Below, piece by piece: positions 57,250-64,000 of a DNA stretch of 64,000 nt. Every line of letters begins with the position of its first letter. The first letter of the stretch is position 1. A program made the translations under genes and the position numbers. The notes under the pieces were generated by a model. It was not told the origin of the DNA. It saw only the letters and a program-made list of their open reading frames with translations, and made no database searches. Source of the stretch: Eubacteriales bacterium (GTDB lineage Bacteria; Bacillota; Clostridia; Oscillospirales; CAG-272); the NCBI GenBank assembly GCA_045126855.1, contig JBGVPG010000009.1, forward strand, positions 83,717-147,716. The letters run 5' to 3'.

Positions 57250-58068
57250 TTACTTCAAAAGTGCCTCAACTGCATCAGCAGCACGCTCTATATAGTCTCC
57301 CTCGAAAAGCTCGATAACGCCCTTGTCACAAAGAGACGCAAGGCTGGGATCAATAGGAAGGCTGGCAAGAACCTTGGTATTATAGGTAGCCGCAAGTTCA
57401 TTGATGTGGCTCTCACCGTAGGGTCGAATTACCTTGCCGCAATCGGGACATAAAATATAGCTGTAATTCTCTACAAGACCGAGTACGTTAACGTCCATAA
57501 GAGACGCCATATTCACAGCCTTCTCAACGATCATAGATACAAGCTCCTGGGGGCTGGTAACTATAACGATGCCGTCAAGAGGAAGGCTCTGGAATACGGT
57601 AAGAGGCACGTCGCCTGTTCCGGGAGGCATATCAACAAACATAAAGTCAACCTCGCCCCAGACTACCTCGCTCCAGAACTGCTTTACAACACCTGCAATA
57701 ACGGGTCCACGCCATACAACAGGCTTTGTTTCCTCGTCCATGAGCAGGTTAACGCTCATAACCTCAATTCCCGTTTTGGTTCTGGGAGGGAACATACCAA
57801 TATCACTTCCCTCAACCGATCCGCATTTAAGTCCAAAGGACTTAGGAATAGAGGGGCCTGTAATATCCGCGTCAAGAATGGCGCTCTTATATCCTCTCCT
57901 CTGCATTGCAACCGCAAGCATGGAGGTCACAAGGGACTTACCAACTCCGCCCTTGCCACTTACTACACCAATGACACGTTTAATACTGCTTGCCGGATTC
58001 TTCGGTGCAAGAAGCGATTCCTTCGAGCACTTTTCGGAGCAGTTAGAACAATCGTGTGAACATCCCAC
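57250..58068 (-). CDS. Mrp/NBP35-family Fe-S cluster carrier ATPase
   Basis: 272 aa. Cys-rich N-terminus (CSHDCSNCSEKC), deviant Walker A SGKGGVGKS and a CPDCG motif. GTG start lies 8 nt after AAGGAGA. Confidence 0.9.
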   Translation of the reverse strand: MGCSHDCSNCSEKCSKESLLAPKNPASSIKRVIGVVSGKGGVGKSLVTSMLAVAMQRRGYKSAILDADITGPSIPKSFGLKCGSVEGSDIGMFPPRTKTGIEVMSVNLLMDEETKPVVWRGPVIAGVVKQFWSEVVWGEVDFMFVDMPPGTGDVPLTVFQSLPLDGIVIVTSPQELVSMIVEKAVNMASLMDVNVLGLVENYSYILCPDCGKVIRPYGESHINELAATYNTKVLASLPIDPSLASLCDKGVIELFEGDYIERAADAVEALLK

Positions 58069-58086
58069 TTTATTTATCTCCTTATA

Positions 58087-60381
58087 TTATATATAATCTA
58101 CAGCAACGTCACCGTCTTTGGCCGTGAGTGACACGCCCTTAAGTCCGGTGTGATAATTTGACAATATCACCTCAGCAAGCTTATCCTCAATATGCTTTTC
58201 GATATATCGTCTCATATTTCTTGCTCCGTATTTCTCGGAGTAGGATTCCTCGGCAATCAGGTGAAGAACGTCATCGTTATAAACGAGCTTTATTCCCTTC
58301 TCCTCAAGGTGATCACGAAGTCTGCCAAGCATTAAATCCGCAATTTTCGCAAAATCATTCTTATCAAGATGACGGAAGGTGATTATTTCGTCAATTCTGT
58401 TTATAAACTCGGGACGAAGAAAGGCAGAAAGCGCGCGCTCTGTTTTTTCCTTGCTCTGTATCTCTCGCTTCTCCGCAAATCCCGAAATACCGCTGGAGGT
58501 CTCGCTACCTGCATTGGTGGTCATAATGATAACGGTGTTTTCAAAATTGACCTGTCTGCCCTGAGCGTCGGTGATCTTTCCGTCGTCAAGAACCTGGAGA
58601 AGGATATTTAGAACGTCAGGGTGCGCCTTCTCTATCTCATCGAAAAGAACAACAGAATACGGTCTGCGACGAATTTTCTCCGTAAGCTGGCCTGCCTCGT
58701 CGTATCCGACGTATCCGGGAGGAGCTCCAACGATTCTGGAAACCGAGTGTTTCTCCATAAACTCGGACATATCAAGTCTGATGAGAGACTCAGGCTGCTT
58801 AAATAGATCTCGTGAAAGGACCTTGACAAGCTCGGTTTTACCTACACCCGTGGGACCTGCAAAGATCATAGAAACAGGATTTTGTCTATAAGACACACCG
58901 GCTCTCTTACGCTTAATCGCACGTACAACTGCATTTACAGCCTCATCCTGACCGATAACCTGAGAGGAAAGTCGCTCGTAAAGGCCAAAGAGGTCTGAAA
59001 GCTCGCCGACAGAAAGCTCTGCAGCAGGAATGCCCGTCCAGATTTCAATTACACGAAGAAGATCATCGGGAGAAAGCCTCAGCTCCTCGATAATCGGCAT
59101 AATGATTCTCTGCCTTGTTTCAAGGCGAATCTTTTCAGACTTGAGATCTGCAAGCTCCTTGTAATTATCCTCGGTCTGCCCTTCGGTGCTTTCCGCCTTA
59201 GCCTCAAGCTCGGCAGTTCTGCGATCAATCTCAAGGAGGCGCTTGTCGTTACGTCTCTTCTCATTAAGCTCGGGACAAAGGAGTGCCGCCTTTGCAGCCG
59301 CCTCGTCAATAAGGTCAATGGCTTTATCGGGCAAAAATCTATCGGTGATATATCTTTCGGACAGAGTGGCTGCAAGTCTCGCAACCTCGTCGGTGATGGC
59401 AACGCCGTGGAATCCCTCGTAATACTTCTTGATTCCCTTGATTATCTCAACCGTTTCCTCAACAGACGGCTCTTCAATCTTAACAGGCTGGAAACGCCTT
59501 TCAAGAGCGCTGTCCTTCTCTATACATTTTCTGTACTCTTTAAGCGTAGTAGCTCCTATCACACGGATCTCACCACGTGAGAGCGCAGGCTTGAGAAGAT
59601 TTGCAGCGCTCATACTGCCATCGCTGGTCTCACCTGCGCCGGCAATATTATGCACCTCGTCGATCATAAGGATTATGTTTCCCGCAGCCTTAATCTCCTT
59701 CAAAAGGCCGAGAATACGCGATTCAAACTGACCCCTGAACTGCGTTCCTGCAACAAGAGCTGTCAGATCAAGCTGCCATACCTCAAAATCAGCAAGTGCC
59801 TCGGGCACCTTACCCTCGACTATACGAAGGGCAAGAGCCTCGACTATAGCAGTCTTTCCAACACCGGGCTCACCGATAAGGCAGGGGTTGTTCTTCTGTC
59901 GTCTGGAGAGGATCTGAATCATACGTTCGATCTCTCTGTCACGGCCGACGATTCTATCTATATTTCCTACCCTTGCCTTCTCATTAAGATTCGTGCAATA
60001 GGTAGACAGAAGCTTCTTAGAGGGATCCTCGTTCTTGCCGTCGGGACGTTTCTTCTGTCCCTGCCCCTTTTCAGGCTGCTTCATAGGCATACCGAAAAGC
60101 TCACCGAGATTAAGGGTGGGAACCTTGCCGTTTTCAGTATCGTCATCTGACTCTACAAGGGCGTTTTCCATGAGACCGTTGATCTCCTCGTTCATTCCCT
60201 GTATGGCATCCTCGTCAATGCCCATCTTTTTGAGCATATCAACTACGGGCGGAGGCTTGATTCCAAGCTCCGCTGCGCACTGAAAACAAAGGCCCTCGTT
60301 TATTGAATTACCGCCATCAAGACGGGTGATATAGACCGAGGCGGGTCTTTTTTTACATCTAGCACAAACTTGTATTTTCAT
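58087..60381 (-). CDS. two-ring Clp/Hsp100 AAA+ ATPase (ClpA/ClpC class) with an N-terminal C4 zinc ribbon instead of Clp_N repeats
   Basis: Walker A GEPGVGKTA (D1) and GPTGVGKTE (D2), with a short coiled-coil middle region. N-terminus reads MKIQVCARCKK..(22)..CFQCAAE. Start taken as ATG 60381; ATG 60411 is the alternative. Confidence 0.88.
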   Translation of the reverse strand: MKIQVCARCKKRPASVYITRLDGGNSINEGLCFQCAAELGIKPPPVVDMLKKMGIDEDAIQGMNEEINGLMENALVESDDDTENGKVPTLNLGELFGMPMKQPEKGQGQKKRPDGKNEDPSKKLLSTYCTNLNEKARVGNIDRIVGRDREIERMIQILSRRQKNNPCLIGEPGVGKTAIVEALALRIVEGKVPEALADFEVWQLDLTALVAGTQFRGQFESRILGLLKEIKAAGNIILMIDEVHNIAGAGETSDGSMSAANLLKPALSRGEIRVIGATTLKEYRKCIEKDSALERRFQPVKIEEPSVEETVEIIKGIKKYYEGFHGVAITDEVARLAATLSERYITDRFLPDKAIDLIDEAAAKAALLCPELNEKRRNDKRLLEIDRRTAELEAKAESTEGQTEDNYKELADLKSEKIRLETRQRIIMPIIEELRLSPDDLLRVIEIWTGIPAAELSVGELSDLFGLYERLSSQVIGQDEAVNAVVRAIKRKRAGVSYRQNPVSMIFAGPTGVGKTELVKVLSRDLFKQPESLIRLDMSEFMEKHSVSRIVGAPPGYVGYDEAGQLTEKIRRRPYSVVLFDEIEKAHPDVLNILLQVLDDGKITDAQGRQVNFENTVIIMTTNAGSETSSGISGFAEKREIQSKEKTERALSAFLRPEFINRIDEIITFRHLDKNDFAKIADLMLGRLRDHLEEKGIKLVYNDDVLHLIAEESYSEKYGARNMRRYIEKHIEDKLAEVILSNYHTGLKGVSLTAKDGDVAVDYI

Positions 60382-60417
60382 TAAAATTCCATTCCGTCGC
60401 AGATGCGACATAAAAGC

Positions 60418-60918
60418 TTAGTTAAATGGGTTGATCGAAATAAACAGTCTAAAAATTGGTCCACCGATAAAATCAAATCCCGATTTATCCGATACGTGAT
60501 CGAACATCACGCAAAATATCCACGAAGCAATGATTCCAAGGCAGGCTGAAAAAAGCAAGCCGACGATTCTATTTGCCTTTCCAAGCATGCCAATGCTGAA
60601 AAATGAGACCAGCAGATTAGCTACGCCCGATACCACGAAGCCACCAAAGGTAATCAAAATCAAAAATGACAGAATTACCGACAGGATACGGCTTATGGGA
60701 ATAAGCAGAATGCCTGCTTTGTCAGCCACGATTGGCATAACAAAGTGAAAGCATATCAGCTCGCTTAGTGGCAGACAAAACATAAGAGAGGCTCCGATTT
60801 TCAAGGCGGATTTTACAGGCTTTAAGGCAAGGCTGACAAAGCCTTTTCGATAGCCATACATACCGCTTAGAATCATTATTCCAAGTAAAATAATTTCAAC
60901 TGCAAAACCGATCAACAA
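60418..60918 (-). CDS. cvpA: CvpA-family membrane protein
   Basis: About 166 aa with four hydrophobic segments and the motif GKANRIVGLLFSACLGII, typical of CvpA. The start is a TTG. I prefer 60918, 6 nt after GGGAG, over the track start at 60933. Confidence 0.65.
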   Translation of the reverse strand: MLIGFAVEIILLGIMILSGMYGYRKGFVSLALKPVKSALKIGASLMFCLPLSELICFHFVMPIVADKAGILLIPISRILSVILSFLILITFGGFVVSGVANLLVSFFSIGMLGKANRIVGLLFSACLGIIASWIFCVMFDHVSDKSGFDFIGGPIFRLFISINPFN

Positions 60919-60975
60919 GTGTTTCTCCCACAATAAGTATTCTAATACTTAATTATGAACAAATCAACACCGTAT

Positions 60976-63900
60976 CTACTTAAAGATTACGTTTTTATCA
61001 CCGAAAATACTGCAAAGGCGTATCAAAACACGAGTGTCGGGATTGATCATAACGTCCTTCATAACAGAATACTTACCCGTACTCTCGTCATAAAGCACAA
61101 CCTTAGCATTTCCACGATTTAATGCGATAATACGCTTTAAGCTATTGATTCTGTTATCGTTAAGAGTTGGTATTTTGATAAACACTCTTGGATCGTTATC
61201 GACCTTCTTCTCAACGTACTCAGAATCGGGAATAAGGGGCTCTGCACCGGTAAGGAGAAGCCTTGTCGCTTCGCCCTCCTCCGTTGAGAGATTTCCCGTA
61301 ATACTGACAGCCATTTCCTCGTCGAGCACCGATGAGAACTTGTTATAGCTCTTGGCAAAGACTATAACGTTGATCTCAGCATATCTGTCTTCAAGAGTAA
61401 GATATGCCATAACCTCACCATTCTTTGTGACCTTAGTCCGCTTCGCATTGATAATGCCGGCAACGGTGACGCCGGACTTGTCGTGATACTTCTTATCCGT
61501 CCTCACTTCATCATCGGAGGTGTCGTCAAGAATATCCGAAATGCTGTCGGGCGAAAGTCTTTCCAGATGCTTCTTAAAGCTATCCATAATATGTCCCGAG
61601 AAGTACATACCTGAGCTTTCCTTCTCAAAAATAAGAAGCTCTCGCATAGTATATTCCGGGAACAGAGGATATTCATAACCGACCTTTTTCGAGGGGGTAT
61701 CCTGAGCCATCGAGAACAGATCCATTTGACCGCGAATATTGTTTCTCACCCTATCGTGCTCGGAGTCGATGATTTTTTCAAAGCACTCCATAAGCGATCT
61801 TCTCGTTATACCAAATCCGTCAAATGCACCGCATTTTATAAGCGATTCAACAGTTCTCTTGTTCAGATCAAAGTCGATCGTTTTCGATACAAAATCATCA
61901 AACGATACATATTTTGAGGCAGAACGAGTTTTAATAACTGCTTTAGCGAAATTGCGACCAACGTTCTTAATTGCAAGAAGTCCGAATCGAATATTCTTGC
62001 CGTCAGAGGAGAATGTCTCCTCACTCTCGTTAATATCGGGCGGCAGAACTCTTACGCCAAAGCGTGATGCATCGGCAATATACTCCCTGACCTTCGATGC
62101 ATTATCAAGAACGCTGGTCAAAAGGGCTGTAAAATACTCTGCAGGATAATGCGTTTTCAGATACGCCGTTCTGTAGGAAATGATACCGTATGCCGTCGCA
62201 TGGCTCTTGTTGAAGGCGTACTTGGCAAATCCAAGCATTTCCTCAAATATTTCCTCTGCAACCTGTTTACCGACGCCACGTTCAAGGCAACCGTCAACGA
62301 ATGCGTCACGCTCTGCCTGCATAGCAGAGGTTTTCTTTTTAGACATCGCACGTCTTACGATATCCGCACGAGCATAGGAATATCCTGCCAGACTACGGCA
62401 GATCTGCATTACCTGCTCCTGGTAAACAATACAACCGTAGGTGACGTCGAGAATTTCCTTAAGCTGAGGTGTTTTATAGACGATCTTTTCAATACCATGC
62501 TTCCTGGCAATAAAGCTGTCTATGGAATCCATCGGACCGGGTCGGTAAAGTGCGACGCAGGCAATAATATCCTCAAGGCAGGTGGGATTAAGCTTTTGAA
62601 GAACCTGTTTCATTCCGCCTGACTCAAGCTGGAAAACTCCGTCGGTACGGGCATCACAAAGCAACTCAAAGGTTGCCTTATCATTGTAATCAATATTCGA
62701 TATATCAAAATCAGGGGTGTGCTTTCTGATCTCCTTTAGGGCGTCGTTAATAACCGTAAGATATCTCAAGCCAAGGAAATCGAACTTAACAAGACCAAGC
62801 CTTGCATCGGTATTCATATCAAACTGTGTAACCACACCGGTACCGCTATGAGAAAGAGGCACGTATTCGTAGGTGGGCTTTTCGGTGATTACAACACCTG
62901 CGGCGTGAGTCGAGGCATGACGAGGCATTCCCTCAAGCTTCATGCTGAGATCAATAAGCCTTTGAATTTCTCTGTCTCCCTTGTAAAGAGCAGAAAGCTC
63001 GGCGGTGGAAATTGCATCCTCAATGGTAAGAGATTCCCTTGGAATAAGCTTAGCAACAGTATCCACCTTGCTATAGGGCATGCCGATAGCTCGTCCAACG
63101 TCACGAACAGCGGCTCTTGGAGCAAGCGTTCCAAAGGTAACAATCTGAGCAACTCTGTCGTCACCGTATTTCGACTTAACGTAGTCGATAACCTCCTCAC
63201 GTCGGTTATAGCAAAAGTCTATGTCAAAGTCAGGCATGGACACACGCTCAGGATTCAGGAATCGCTCAAAGAGCAGATCAAACTCCATTGGGTCAACGTC
63301 GGTGATTCCAACAAGGTAAGCCACAAGGCTTCCTGCACCCGATCCTCTACCCGGGCCGACAGGAATTCCACGTCCCTTTGCATAGGTTACGAAATCGCTG
63401 ACGATCAGGAAATAGGCGTTAAAGCCCATTTTATCAATAACCGAAAGCTCGTAATCGATCCTTGCCTCGTATTCTTCTCTGGTATGTTTCTTGAAATCTA
63501 TTCTGCCCTGCTTTATCTTTCTATCAAATCCGTTTGTAGCATCAGAGCGTAGTTTTTCCGCATGGGTAACACCGCCCTCGGGACGGAAGTCGGGCAGATG
63601 AAGATTATCAAATTCAAAATCAAAATTGCACTTCTCGGCAATCTTTACCGTATTACTCACTGCATCCTTGAAGGTTGAGAAAAGAACCTTCATTTCTTCT
63701 GTGCTCTTGAAATAGAACTCGTCGGTCTCAAATCCAAGGGGACGTCCCTCAGAAACCTGAGTGTTCATCTGAATACACATCAGAGTTGCCTGGGTCTCAG
63801 CATCCGAGCGCTCAAGATAATGAACGTCGTTGGTCGCAACCATAGGAATGCAATACTTCTCACTAATGAGCTTTATGCCGTAGTTAACACGTCTTTCATC

Positions 63901-64000
63901 ATCAAGGCCATGATTCTGCACCTCAAGATAAAAGTCGTCACCGAAGATATCACGCATTTCAAGAGCGGCAGCCTCCGCCTCTGCCATACTTCCTGCGAGA
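60976..64000 (-). CDS. dnaE: DNA polymerase III alpha subunit DnaE (C-terminal ~1000 aa; N-terminus lies beyond the right edge)
   Basis: The frame is open to the window edge. PHP-domain end, palm/fingers motifs (GLVKFDFLGLRYLTVI, FNKSHATAYG), an OB fold and a C-terminal tail. Confidence 0.95.
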   Translation of the reverse strand, partial: LAGSMAEAEAAALEMRDIFGDDFYLEVQNHGLDDERRVNYGIKLISEKYCIPMVATNDVHYLERSDAETQATLMCIQMNTQVSEGRPLGFETDEFYFKSTEEMKVLFSTFKDAVSNTVKIAEKCNFDFEFDNLHLPDFRPEGGVTHAEKLRSDATNGFDRKIKQGRIDFKKHTREEYEARIDYELSVIDKMGFNAYFLIVSDFVTYAKGRGIPVGPGRGSGAGSLVAYLVGITDVDPMEFDLLFERFLNPERVSMPDFDIDFCYNRREEVIDYVKSKYGDDRVAQIVTFGTLAPRAAVRDVGRAIGMPYSKVDTVAKLIPRESLTIEDAISTAELSALYKGDREIQRLIDLSMKLEGMPRHASTHAAGVVITEKPTYEYVPLSHSGTGVVTQFDMNTDARLGLVKFDFLGLRYLTVINDALKEIRKHTPDFDISNIDYNDKATFELLCDARTDGVFQLESGGMKQVLQKLNPTCLEDIIACVALYRPGPMDSIDSFIARKHGIEKIVYKTPQLKEILDVTYGCIVYQEQVMQICRSLAGYSYARADIVRRAMSKKKTSAMQAERDAFVDGCLERGVGKQVAEEIFEEMLGFAKYAFNKSHATAYGIISYRTAYLKTHYPAEYFTALLTSVLDNASKVREYIADASRFGVRVLPPDINESEETFSSDGKNIRFGLLAIKNVGRNFAKAVIKTRSASKYVSFDDFVSKTIDFDLNKRTVESLIKCGAFDGFGITRRSLMECFEKIIDSEHDRVRNNIRGQMDLFSMAQDTPSKKVGYEYPLFPEYTMRELLIFEKESSGMYFSGHIMDSFKKHLERLSPDSISDILDDTSDDEVRTDKKYHDKSGVTVAGIINAKRTKVTKNGEVMAYLTLEDRYAEINVIVFAKSYNKFSSVLDEEMAVSITGNLSTEEGEATRLLLTGAEPLIPDSEYVEKKVDNDPRVFIKIPTLNDNRINSLKRIIALNRGNAKVVLYDESTGKYSVMKDVMINPDTRVLIRLCSIFGDKNVIFK

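Noticed and set aside
1-64000. Search by eye for rRNA or tRNA genes, CRISPR arrays, IS elements or transposases, prophage modules and known defence systems (RM, TA, Abi, CBASS-like).
   Set aside because: None found. Intergenic regions are short and are accounted for by promoters and terminators. No T-loop-like GGTTCGAATCC-type motifs, no spaced direct repeats and no transposase-like ORFs were seen. A tRNAscan, Infernal or PADLOC/DefenseFinder run would be the decisive check.

Overview
The window reads as core chromosome from a spore-forming Clostridia-class Firmicute. Evidence for that: spoIIGA-sigE, spoVT and cwlD are present, G+C is moderate, and third codon positions strongly prefer C/T. 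About 56 protein genes are packed tightly.

Gene content, in order:
- rpmG-secE-nusG-rplK-rplA. rpmG is missing from the ORF track because it is under 60 aa.
- An EF-G paralogue, radA, cwlD and a Xer-type recombinase.
- A five-gene Na+-translocating biotin-decarboxylase cluster.
- A long minus-strand block, yybS-gdpP-rplI-dnaB-tilS-ftsH.
- recG-rarA, a lipid kinase and comEC, then ychF.
- An orphan OmpR-type regulator.
- A translationally coupled coaE / M18 aminopeptidase / prfA / sua5 / parC operon.
- ackA and tmcAL.
- dnaG-rpoD followed by a stand-alone Wzz / BY-kinase / PHP-phosphatase trio.
- yigZ, hflX, rpmE, an Mrp/NBP35 ATPase, a Clp-type AAA+ protein, cvpA and a partial dnaE.

I found no rRNA, tRNA, CRISPR array, IS element or prophage. 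I see no clear multi-gene novel system such as a defence island.

The most unusual items are:
1. A 12-unit, strictly phased X-X-Tyr tail on the BY-kinase.
2. A self-contained orphan gene for a membrane-anchored repeat protein where rplJ-rplL would normally follow rplA.
3. An EF-G paralogue lacking the catalytic switch-II histidine.
4. A decarboxylase cluster with two different carboxyltransferases sharing one biotin carrier and one pump.
5. A two-ring Clp ATPase with a ClpX-like zinc ribbon in place of the Clp_N domain.
6. One AT-rich, apparently foreign single-gene cassette.

Several ORF-track starts look over-extended or non-ATG (recG, dnaG, spoIIGA, tilS, cpsB and others), and I have revised them. 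All product calls rest on motif recognition by eye; no database search was run.
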